DNA from: Acidobacteriota bacterium
GTDB taxonomy: Bacteria; Acidobacteriota; Aminicenantia; Aminicenantales; Saccharicenantaceae
Assembly: GCA_033549365.1 (NCBI GenBank)
Contig: JAWSUF010000006.1
Span: 141,472 to 205,471 of the forward strand
Direction of reading: 5' to 3'
DNA: 64,000 nt
A model generated the notes under the pieces. The model was not told where the DNA came from. It did no database searches and saw only the letters and a program-made list of their open reading frames with translations. The translations under genes were made by a program, and so were the position numbers. Positions 1 to 7,919 of the stretch are shown here, piece after piece; positions within the stretch are counted from its first letter, which is position 1, and each line of letters starts with the position of its first letter.

Positions 1-546
1 CAGGCTGATGGAATAGCCGTGCCGGGAGGCCCGTTTCATTTCGAGATCCATGGTTTTCTTTATGTATCCGCTGTTGAAAAGACCCGTCAAGGCGTCGAAA
101 ATCGAGGCGTTCACTTCGGCCGCCGTTTGAAAAACACGAGCGGGGGGCGGAGGCTCATGATATCCATTGGGCTTGATGAATTTCTTGACCTCTTCCAGGA
201 ACGACCGGGAGAGAATCGGCTTGGAGATGATGCCGTTGATTCCGGATTTTAAAACCCGTTCGGAGTCCGGCAAGTCCGCTTTGGCCGCATAGGCCAGGAT
301 CGGGATCTTTTCGAACGCCGGCTCTTTCCGGATCGTCTGAACCGCGGCGCAAATATCCATCGTCTTGAGATCCCGATCGATCAGCACGATATCCGGTTTA
401 TGGAGACGGAGAATCTTGAGTCCGCTTTCGAAATCCCGGGCTTCCAGAAGCTGAATTTTTTCGAATTGAAAAACCGTTTTGATGCACATCAGGTTCAGCT
501 CATTGTCGATGATGGCCAGGGCCACTTTGTACTTGGGCACCATCAT
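1..546 (-). CDS. Response regulator receiver domain fused to GGDEF (diguanylate cyclase) domain; 3' end truncated by window edge
   Basis: Minus-strand translation from ATG at 544-546: MMVPKYKVALAIIDNELNLMCIKTVFQFEKIQLLEARDFESGLKILRLHKPDIVLIDRDLKTMDICAAVQTIRKEPAFEKIPILAYAAK... (REC domain with phospho-acceptor Asp region). Followed by DALTGLFNSGYIKKTMDLEMKRASRHGYSISL, typical of the start of a GGDEF domain. No stop before position 1. Confidence 0.7.
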   Translation of the reverse strand, partial: MMVPKYKVALAIIDNELNLMCIKTVFQFEKIQLLEARDFESGLKILRLHKPDIVLIDRDLKTMDICAAVQTIRKEPAFEKIPILAYAAKADLPDSERVLKSGINGIISKPILSRSFLEEVKKFIKPNGYHEPPPPARVFQTAAEVNASIFDALTGLFNSGYIKKTMDLEMKRASRHGYSISL

Positions 547-699
547 CGGGCCCTCCGGAGCATATCGACACTCCAAAGACGAATGCGCCTACCGTGATAT
601 GACATGGTTCCCTATGGTTCCCGTTTGCCATTTTTACAAAACCGGATAAATCCGTCAATCACCATATGCGATGAACATCGGGGTGATCTCCCTGGTGCT

Positions 700-709
700 C
701 CCCCCCCCC
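700..709. repeat. Homopolymeric C10 tract in the intergenic region upstream of the GGDEF response-regulator gene
   Basis: Sequence ...ggtgctCCCCCCCCCCtgaatc at 700-709, between the membrane-protein stop (746) and the response-regulator start (546). Confidence 0.9.
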
Positions 710-745
710 TGAATCGGTTAATCGTTTATTGACCAGGCTTTTATG

Positions 746-1621
746 CTAAGTTAACCCGGCATTTTTCCTGAAAATATTCTCGAGCGGAAAGAAATAAATG
801 AACAGGGCCGCGTAGAGGACGCAGGCATGAAGGCCGCCGATACTCATGAAGGCGATGATGAAGATCATGAGATGCATCCGGATGACGTTCTTGTAGGGAA
901 TGAACATCACGTTGTCGCCGGCTCTTTTCGCCGCGGCAGGAATATTTCCGGTCTGGGACAGCGCTGTGGACAGAATGACAGGCCAATACGCCGCCGCCGA
1001 AATGCGGACGAAACGGCCGAAATTGACGAAGATTTCTTCGAAATCCCGGCCGAACCCCGCATCCTCGACCAGAGGGAAAAAACCGTTGAGGAAAAGGCTG
1101 TGGACGAAATGGAATCCGCCGAAGTGAACGGTGAAAAAAGCAAGCATGAAGAATCCGGACGGGAGATTGACGAGCACATTGCGCAGGATTCGGACAGGGC
1201 CGGCTCCGTCTTTGTGGTCACCCGGAGCAAGAAGCGCCGCTGCAGCGGCGATGGCCGTGACCAGAGCATAGACAAGCGTGATGAGAGAAAGACCGAAAAA
1301 AGCCAGGACCGGAATCAGGAAAAACAGGGCCATGACGACGGGGGCGAATCGTTCCGTCGGTCCGGGCCGGTCGGCTTTCATCCAAAAGACACGTCCGGAG
1401 ACCAACCCGCCGACGATCACAAAAAGGATCGTCAGATAACCGACCGTCAGGCTGGATATCCAGAGCGCCCACAGGAGATCCTTGGCCGTCCAGCCGAAAT
1501 ACACGGCGGCGCCGACCGTCGCTCCGAAGGACAGAAGGCTGCGGAGGACGGCTGCGCCTGTTTGACCGTCCCGAGCCGCGCGGGCCGTTTCACTTCTCTG
1601 GAGGATAGGGTTCTCCATCAT
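746..1621 (-). CDS. Hypothetical polytopic integral membrane protein
   Basis: 291-aa ORF with multiple long hydrophobic segments (e.g. LWALWISSLTVGYLTILFVIVGGLV, VVMALFFLIPVLAFFGLSLITLVYALV); no recognisable catalytic motif. Confidence 0.5.
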   Translation of the reverse strand: MMENPILQRSETARAARDGQTGAAVLRSLLSFGATVGAAVYFGWTAKDLLWALWISSLTVGYLTILFVIVGGLVSGRVFWMKADRPGPTERFAPVVMALFFLIPVLAFFGLSLITLVYALVTAIAAAAALLAPGDHKDGAGPVRILRNVLVNLPSGFFMLAFFTVHFGGFHFVHSLFLNGFFPLVEDAGFGRDFEEIFVNFGRFVRISAAAYWPVILSTALSQTGNIPAAAKRAGDNVMFIPYKNVIRMHLMIFIIAFMSIGGLHACVLYAALFIYFFPLENIFRKNAGLT

Positions 1622-1717
1622 CGTTTTCCGACGCTCAGAGTCACGTCTTTTTCAACATCGTTTGATCGGCCGCCGTTATGCGGCCGGGACGAATAAGCAT
1701 TTCCCGGGCCTTTCGGA

Positions 1718-2488
1718 TCACACCCCGAAACAGGCTACGAAAAACTCATAGGCGTAGAAGTCGGAAGACGTCCGGTGCATCTCGGGCTCTTGTGCAAGCC
1801 GGTCAAGAACGCCAAGGGCTTCGTCGTCGCCGGCATATTTGACGCGCAGTTCTTCGATGCGGATTTCCATCGGTGTGTAGAAATCGTCCCACCAGGCCTC
1901 GTCCGGCAGGGTGAAGCGTCCGAGAAGCGAAAACCCGTTCCTTCCGATGGCCGCCTCAATATCCTCCGCCCGGCCCATCGCCGGATAATCCAAATCGAAG
2001 CCCGCCTTGACCTCGGCCGGAGGATTCTCCTTCCGCCAGACGGCATCGGTGAAGGCAAGATATCCGCCGGGGCGCAGAAGGCCGCGACAGAGCCGCAAGG
2101 CGTTTTCGATGCCGATGTTGTAAAGCGCCCCTTCGGACCAAACGAGATCAAAACTTTCCGGCGGAAGCCCGGATTCGGCCATGTCGCCGACCACGGGCCG
2201 AATCCTTCCGGCAAGTCCCCGCGCTCTGACCGTCTCGCGGAGTCGCTCGATGCTCGGAGCATGGTTGTCAACGGCGACAATGGATCCTGAAGTGAGCTCG
2301 GCAAGATGCAGCGTCTGCGCGCCGACTCCGCAGCCCAGGTCGAGGATGTCCGGCGATTCCGGAAGATCCCGGCAAAGGCCGAGAGCCCTCTCGGCGCCGG
2401 CGCGGTTGCCCGGCCCCTGCCGCGGCAGGGCCTCGAAGACCTCAAAAAAGATGTCCCAGAAACGCGGACTTGGCTCTGTCATGGTCAT
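1718..2488 (-). CDS. Class I SAM-dependent methyltransferase
   Basis: 256-aa ORF with the Rossmann SAM-binding motif ILDLGCGVGAQTLHLAE and a downstream acidic-loop motif (VAVDNH). Confidence 0.7.
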   Translation of the reverse strand: MTMTEPSPRFWDIFFEVFEALPRQGPGNRAGAERALGLCRDLPESPDILDLGCGVGAQTLHLAELTSGSIVAVDNHAPSIERLRETVRARGLAGRIRPVVGDMAESGLPPESFDLVWSEGALYNIGIENALRLCRGLLRPGGYLAFTDAVWRKENPPAEVKAGFDLDYPAMGRAEDIEAAIGRNGFSLLGRFTLPDEAWWDDFYTPMEIRIEELRVKYAGDDEALGVLDRLAQEPEMHRTSSDFYAYEFFVACFGV

Positions 2489-2526
2489 GACTTCCCGTAT
2501 GCAAATCTCTTCATAGCCGTTTCCCC

Positions 2527-3762
2527 TTATTCGTTTTCACGATCCTCCCAAGCAGTCTTTCGTTTCACCCGATCCATGAGAAACCGCACACCTAGGTTGT
2601 CCGACGGGTTCAGCCAGAGCATCTTCTCAAATATGTGCGCCGCCGCGTCAAAGCGTCCAAGACGCCAGAGACACAATCCATAGCCGTGCATGCAGCGCAG
2701 AAATGGACGGTTGTCGATAAGGCCCCACGCCAGCACGCCGGAAAAACCGTCACCCAAAGACAGCTCGCCGATACGCAAACCGACTTCGTAATGGTGGACG
2801 GCATCCTGGGGATGGTGGTCAAAGACGAAATTGCCCAGATGCGAATGGGCATCGAGGCAGCGCAGGTCCGCCTGGCACAGCTGCATCAAGATCTTTTCCG
2901 CCTCATCCCGCTCGCCGGCATCTTTGAGATCATTGGACCTTGTGATGGGGTCATTGAAAGGATCATCAGGGTCCTCGCCGGGCAGTACCTGCTCCATCTC
3001 GAACATGGGGCGGGGGCCGTGGGCGATGATCGGCTTGGCCCATTCCTCGATGGGTTCGCCTTCTTCTCCCCAGTACTCTTCCTTGGGGTCCCACATGCCC
3101 ATCTCTTCGAGCTCCAGTGGTACGAGATCGAGGGCCTTCACGTCGATTCGAGTCGACTGAACCTCGCCGGCGAGATACGGATGACCGCCGTAACGCCACT
3201 GTTTTCCTGGCTTGACCGTGACGATGGCGCCAGGCACCACCTCCCAAAGGCGGCTTGCGCGCAGGGTAATGATCCGGTCGCTTTTCAACAAACGGCACCG
3301 GGCGGCTCGCCCCGTGACAGATAGGGCGACCAAATCAACGGGTTTGCTCAGGTCGATGTCATCATCTGCCGCCTTGTGCTGCCGCCCGCGTCGGGAAGTT
3401 TTCTTGTTTTCGACAGGGTAAGGATCGAGGTTGAGCCACCTGCGGTAGGCGGCGATGTAACCCGCCATTGCCGATGCCTGCGGCAACACGACCTCGGAGA
3501 GCGAAATTACATATTCCGACCCGTCCTCCCGGCGGCAATTGGCCGTCAGACCGCGCCGTTCTTTACCGTCGTAGTCCACCGCGATCACCGAAACCGGTTC
3601 CCCGATGACGAAACCGTCGGCCGGTAGCGCAACGTCATCCTCAAAGGCCTGCCGAAAAGCCCAGAGCTGTTCATCATTGCCGTATGCGTCGACGGTGATT
3701 TCCTCAATAAGTCTGTCCAAGGCTTCGAGCCTCTTACCCTCTTTGGGGTTTCGCGTGCCCAT
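2527..3762 (-). CDS. Uncharacterised protein (411 aa), last gene of the hsdMS-linked unit; acidic central region, TPR-like C-terminus
   Basis: Long ORF with a 3-nt gap to the upstream gene (3766). No motif I can assign. The C-terminal WRLGRFDAAAHIFEKMLWLNP looks TPR-like. Confidence 0.5.
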   Translation of the reverse strand: MGTRNPKEGKRLEALDRLIEEITVDAYGNDEQLWAFRQAFEDDVALPADGFVIGEPVSVIAVDYDGKERRGLTANCRREDGSEYVISLSEVVLPQASAMAGYIAAYRRWLNLDPYPVENKKTSRRGRQHKAADDDIDLSKPVDLVALSVTGRAARCRLLKSDRIITLRASRLWEVVPGAIVTVKPGKQWRYGGHPYLAGEVQSTRIDVKALDLVPLELEEMGMWDPKEEYWGEEGEPIEEWAKPIIAHGPRPMFEMEQVLPGEDPDDPFNDPITRSNDLKDAGERDEAEKILMQLCQADLRCLDAHSHLGNFVFDHHPQDAVHHYEVGLRIGELSLGDGFSGVLAWGLIDNRPFLRCMHGYGLCLWRLGRFDAAAHIFEKMLWLNPSDNLGVRFLMDRVKRKTAWEDRENE

Positions 3763-3765
3763 CTT

Positions 3766-4920
3766 TTATTGATCCTTCCAGATACCGGCCTTCACCAGCC
3801 GTTGAATCAGCGACTTACGCCGCAGGTGGCCGCCCATGAACTTTGTAAATTCTTGTTGAAATTGCTTTTTGGTCGCGAACAGTTCATGGGCTTCGGCGAT
3901 GTCAACGAGTATGCGGCAGGCTTCGTCGTACCCCTGCCCCGATCCGCGCTCGATGGGTTCTCGAACCGACGCCCAGGCTTTGGGAAAATCGTTGGACAGG
4001 TTGTCCAGATACGCCCTTCGTTTCTCGCGGTGCTTGATCTCCTGTTTCTCGCGGTCCCGTTTTTGTTTCTCCAATCTGATCTGGCAGGCTTTTTCAGCGT
4101 TCTGCCGCAATTCCCCCACCGTGCGCCGGGATGCGTCGGTATCGCCCGTCTGAAGGCTGTGCCGCCATGCCTCAAAACGATTCCTGAGGGATCGTTCGGC
4201 CTGCAACCCTTGGCCCTTCAGCAATTGCTTCAGGATCGGATTGACTTCATCCCGGGGCAGGGATTTTATCCACCTCTCCATTTCCGCTTGCGAAATTACC
4301 ACCTCTTGTGCAACCTGACTGCCCATGCCGGCGCCCGCTAGCAGGTCCGGGTCCACTTCGAGGAATTCGGCCAGTGCCCGTTGGGCTGCCGTGAGGTTTC
4401 CCAATCCGCTCACGGATACTGGCTCGGTCTCTACGTCATCCATCATCTCCCCGGCCACGGCCATCAACCATCCGACATACAGACTGCGCAAGTCCCCGCG
4501 CAGCAGTTCCTCCCGCACCGGGGCCAGACGCGCCATCCAGCCCCGGCCGTCCTCCATGCCGAAGCGGTCGTAGTTTTCCGACTCCTCCAGGCTCCAGGTA
4601 ATCATCCAATGGGTCTTGGTGGCCTTGATATCCAACAGGTAAGGCACGGCCGCAGCTTTGGCGGTCTCTCGGGTCAATGCCTCGATGGGCAGCCGCACCA
4701 TGAAAATGGCCGTCATCCAGTTGGCCACATAGACATGGGCGTCGAAATAGCGCTGCATCAACTTGTGGGGGTCGCCTTTGAAATCTCCCCAATTGTATTC
4801 GTTGGTGAAGCTGACCGGCGTGATCGTGGCCCGCATGGAAAGCGCCCGCAGCTCTTCCATTTCATCCGCTGTCAGAGGCCGGTCAATGGCCAGAAACTCG
4901 TAGTATTGGTATTCGCTCAT
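3766..4920 (-). CDS. Uncharacterised protein (384 aa) in the hsdMS-linked unit
   Basis: ORF MSEYQYYEFLAIDRPLTADEMEELRALSMR..., 21-nt gap to the upstream AlbA_2-ATPase gene. No recognisable catalytic motif. Lys/Arg/Glu-rich coiled-coil-like C-terminal half. Confidence 0.5.
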   Translation of the reverse strand: MSEYQYYEFLAIDRPLTADEMEELRALSMRATITPVSFTNEYNWGDFKGDPHKLMQRYFDAHVYVANWMTAIFMVRLPIEALTRETAKAAAVPYLLDIKATKTHWMITWSLEESENYDRFGMEDGRGWMARLAPVREELLRGDLRSLYVGWLMAVAGEMMDDVETEPVSVSGLGNLTAAQRALAEFLEVDPDLLAGAGMGSQVAQEVVISQAEMERWIKSLPRDEVNPILKQLLKGQGLQAERSLRNRFEAWRHSLQTGDTDASRRTVGELRQNAEKACQIRLEKQKRDREKQEIKHREKRRAYLDNLSNDFPKAWASVREPIERGSGQGYDEACRILVDIAEAHELFATKKQFQQEFTKFMGGHLRRKSLIQRLVKAGIWKDQ

Positions 4921-4941
4921 GGCTCTATTAGTGTGTTTTTC

Positions 4942-6336
4942 TCATTCGATCACTTCCCAGTAACCACCTTTGGCTGGACCGATGCGTCGAAGTAGGCCCT
5001 GGTCCTGCAATTTGCGGATATTTCTTTCGATGGAACGCTCGGTCACGCCAATTAAACGCGCCAGTTCCGGTATGGTTAAATTTTCCTCTTGCTTTAATAT
5101 ATCCAGAATTTTCCCCGACGTTTTCCCCGACGTTTTCCCCGACGTTTTCGGTGGTTTCGCGACCAGTGTAAGTTCTCCAACCGGTTTTCGATGCACCGTA
5201 GCGGTGAAACGGCAGCCGTCACGATCATCAGTAAAATCGATCTTCGGCCAGGCATCCAGTGCCCGTTGTATGCCCGAACCCAAACCATGATAAGGCAGCA
5301 GTCCCTTGGCCACATACGAAACCAGAATTGGATTGCGGATGTTCGAATTTCCGGCCAGTATCTTTTCCACCGTCAGATTGTCCGGCAGATGGCCGGGACT
5401 GACGATCTCGATGCGGTTGTCGAAAATAAACAGGCGAACCGATGCACTTACCAAATAGTCACGGTGTACCAAGGCGTTCACTAAAAGTTCCTCAAAAACG
5501 CTTTCCGGAATTTCGGGCAATCCGGGGGCGTTCACACCTCGGCCGGCCTGAATCTTGTGGAGATTTCGCATGACGAACGCAAGGGCATCGTCGAAAATTT
5601 TCTTGAGTGGGCCGACAAAATCTTCGGTATCCACATAGTCGGTGACATGAATCTTGTTGCCCGGATATCGGATGGCCTTGACCACGAACTGGGGTTTTAT
5701 CCATTCCGGGCGTTCGGCGAACATCAGCACCCCGGCCAGGTTCAGCATGCCCTCATCAGTTGCAAGATTCATGTTCTGCAGCAACCGTAACAACTCCGAA
5801 GGCTCCTCCGGGAATTTGCGCTTGTAGACATCGCGCAGAAAGTCTTGAAACCTAAGCTTGTCCAGAGCCTCCACCCCGGCCTTGGTGGGCAGTTCGTCGG
5901 CATGGAACTGGCCGGAGACCTGAAAAAGCCTGCGCAGTTCTTCTTTGGAATTCACCCGCCGTTTGTCCGCGCCCACCTTCAGCCAAATCACACCGTTTTT
6001 ATCGAAATAGGGCTTGTCGATCCCCTTGGGCATAGTGACCACAATCACCACTTTTCCGCGGCCCACAGAGACGTTTTCAGTTTGCGGAGAAATGGGGCTG
6101 CGCACATGTTGGCTGGCCGCGTTGCTGATCAACTGGTTTATCCGGCTGACCTCGGACCGGGAAATTCCTTCCAACTCGCCATTATCCCCAATACCGATCA
6201 GAATACGACCGCCCTCACAGTTGGCAAACGCCGCCATCTCCGCTGCAAGCGCATCCACATTGCGCACATCCGCCTTGAATTGGAGGCGGCTGTCTTCGCC
6301 ATGTGCGACAAGTTTTCGGAGGTTGGAGGTATTCAT
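4942..6336 (-). CDS. AlbA_2 (Schlafen-like) DNA-binding domain + HATPase_c_4-type ATPase + C-terminal winged-HTH protein ('divergent AAA / RecG-C-terminal-like putative regulator')
   Basis: N-terminus RLQFKADVRNVDALAAEMAAFANCEGGRILIGIGDNGELEGI is typical of the AlbA_2 (PF04326) family. The C-terminus LTIPELARLIGVTERSIERNIRKLQDQGLLRRIG is a wHTH. A (TSGK)3 linker is encoded by an in-frame 12-nt tandem repeat. Confidence 0.65.
   Translation of the reverse strand: MNTSNLRKLVAHGEDSRLQFKADVRNVDALAAEMAAFANCEGGRILIGIGDNGELEGISRSEVSRINQLISNAASQHVRSPISPQTENVSVGRGKVVIVVTMPKGIDKPYFDKNGVIWLKVGADKRRVNSKEELRRLFQVSGQFHADELPTKAGVEALDKLRFQDFLRDVYKRKFPEEPSELLRLLQNMNLATDEGMLNLAGVLMFAERPEWIKPQFVVKAIRYPGNKIHVTDYVDTEDFVGPLKKIFDDALAFVMRNLHKIQAGRGVNAPGLPEIPESVFEELLVNALVHRDYLVSASVRLFIFDNRIEIVSPGHLPDNLTVEKILAGNSNIRNPILVSYVAKGLLPYHGLGSGIQRALDAWPKIDFTDDRDGCRFTATVHRKPVGELTLVAKPPKTSGKTSGKTSGKILDILKQEENLTIPELARLIGVTERSIERNIRKLQDQGLLRRIGPAKGGYWEVIE
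5109..5144. repeat. Perfect 12-nt tandem repeat x3 (ttttccccgacg) inside the AlbA_2-ATPase CDS, encoding (SGKT)n on the minus strand
   Basis: ttttccccgacg|ttttccccgacg|ttttccccgacg followed by ttttcg. In-frame (12 nt), so copy-number change adds or removes 4 aa without a frameshift. Confidence 0.9.
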
Positions 6337-7919
6337 TAAATCGGCGCTCCAGCACCTCGCAGGATCGCGATGATTTCAGACTTTACTTTATTCGGGATCT
6401 CAGCAGCCTGAGAAATAAGCACATATTTAAATGTCGTGAGGTCAAACGGCACCGCTTCATTCCGTTTTTGCGGTTCAAAAAGAAAGATGAGCCGGTTTTT
6501 TTCGTGATGCTTGAGGGCGAAACCAGCCTCGACAAAAACATTGGGACGTTGACCGGTCAGGTCGCAAATGATGATATCGGACGATGCGATGGCTTCGTAC
6601 ATGCGGTGATGGATCGGAAACGCGCCGCCTTCTTCGGTGCCCATGTCGATCAACTCAAGATTGATTTTATGATCCCTTTCTATGGCCGACAGTGTTCCCT
6701 TGAGTTGCTGGAGGCGCAAGTTTGCCTTGTTAAAGGCGTTATGCTTTGCCTCTTGGGATGGATACCAGCGCGCGAGAAATACCCGTTTGGGTACCCGCTG
6801 TTGAGCGGCCTTGAAGGTTTCCAGAAGTTGTTTGGCTGGAGAAAGCGGATCAAGCAGGCTGGTAATTCCCTCTGCGCCAAGCCATAGGCCGATGCGATCC
6901 AACAAACCCACGGCGGCATTCACTCGTTCGTCGTGGGTATTCCCGGTGCTCTCACGCCAGACGCGGGCGGCCAATTCCAGAAAAGCGTAAGTCTGGCAGA
7001 GTGAGGGGTGCTGGAATGTTAACCGGGTCAATATGTCGGCCAGGGCCGCAAAAAGCTCATCGGCAAAGGTGGTCAGAGCTGCGCGGTTTTCTGTCATGGT
7101 CGGGTCCATTTGAACCAGATTTCGTGCCGCTTCCCATAGCGAAGTCAATGGACGAAAACCAAACCTTTGCCGGACCTGTTCAGGCAAGTTGTTCAAATGC
7201 CTGCAAAGCAGGCGGGTCAGGTGCAAGTCGGGGCTGTACGCGAACTCATTGTCCGGTGTCATGGCATGGGCCGGGTCCTGCCCCAGCAAAAGCCGCAATC
7301 CGTGTTCCGATTCAAGCGTTAGAGCGGTGCTGTTGATGGTGTGGAAGATCAACGATTCGGCGTAATCGTCAGCATCATTATCAGAGGGCCCCAACAAGAT
7401 AAGACAAAAGGGGGCTAAATACTTGGTGGGAACGATTTGATCTTCCTCAAGGGTTTCGGCCATTGCCAGCCGGTGATTGCCGTCGATACGGCGAACCATT
7501 TTTTGTTCCTTGACGGCCTCCAGATCGCTACGCTGAATCCTGATCTGTTGAACCCGTTGATGCTTGCCGGCAAATCGGCGACTGACGGCAATCAGCGCCC
7601 TCTCCCCGGTTCCAACACCGATAACTCTTTCTTGCTCGGTCACATTATTAAAAACACCACGAACGGACAGAATGATTTCCGGGATGAGCCGGTTGTCGCT
7701 TTGTTCAAGGTATTTCTTGATGTCCAGGGCATGCCTTTCGTTCAATTGGCGCTGGTGGCCGACTACCCGCCCCGCCTCGGCTCCTTCATTTAGCTCATAG
7801 GGAACCGAAATCGCCGCCAAATCCCGTAAATCGGCAAAACCTCGAATGATTTTGAATATACCCAATACCCCTTCAGCGAAGTAACCCTCGAATTCGATGG
7901 TTTGGCTGACTGTGGGCAT
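6336..7919 (-). CDS. Fusion protein: N-terminal ParB/Srx-fold (DGQHR/DndB-like; motif IDGNHRL) domain + C-terminal nucleoside 2-deoxyribosyltransferase/DNPH1-like (Ndt-like) Rossmann domain
   Basis: 527-aa ORF. Residues ~40-60 RVVGHQRQLNERHALDIKKYL and ~150 VRRIDGNHRLAMAE match the DGxHR box of ParB-like nuclease/NTPase domains (ParB DGHHR, DndB DGQHR). The C-terminal SDIIICDLTGQRPNVFVEAGFALKHHEKNRLIFL resembles the Ndt/DNPH1 catalytic-Glu segment (D.GT.FE.GyA.a.GK). Start overlaps the stop of the upstream gene by 1 nt. Confidence 0.6.
   Translation of the reverse strand: MPTVSQTIEFEGYFAEGVLGIFKIIRGFADLRDLAAISVPYELNEGAEAGRVVGHQRQLNERHALDIKKYLEQSDNRLIPEIILSVRGVFNNVTEQERVIGVGTGERALIAVSRRFAGKHQRVQQIRIQRSDLEAVKEQKMVRRIDGNHRLAMAETLEEDQIVPTKYLAPFCLILLGPSDNDADDYAESLIFHTINSTALTLESEHGLRLLLGQDPAHAMTPDNEFAYSPDLHLTRLLCRHLNNLPEQVRQRFGFRPLTSLWEAARNLVQMDPTMTENRAALTTFADELFAALADILTRLTFQHPSLCQTYAFLELAARVWRESTGNTHDERVNAAVGLLDRIGLWLGAEGITSLLDPLSPAKQLLETFKAAQQRVPKRVFLARWYPSQEAKHNAFNKANLRLQQLKGTLSAIERDHKINLELIDMGTEEGGAFPIHHRMYEAIASSDIIICDLTGQRPNVFVEAGFALKHHEKNRLIFLFEPQKRNEAVPFDLTTFKYVLISQAAEIPNKVKSEIIAILRGAGAPI

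Noticed and set aside
600-745. Looked for an att-site direct repeat matching the tRNA-Asn 3' end to define the far border of a putative island, and for an integrase anywhere in 1-12850.
   Set aside because: No match to ggactcgaacctgcaacc found by eye and no integrase/recombinase ORF, so island boundaries remain undetermined (a limitation of manual inspection).
2527-4920. Checked whether the 384-aa or 411-aa downstream proteins could be a diverged or split HsdR.
   Set aside because: No Walker A/DEAD-box/SF2 helicase motifs and no PD-(D/E)xK. The combined size (~800 aa) and composition do not match HsdR.
5109-5144. Short perfect repeats examined as a possible CRISPR array.
   Set aside because: Units are contiguous (no spacers), only 12 nt long, and lie in-frame inside a CDS. 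No CRISPR array or cas genes anywhere in the window.
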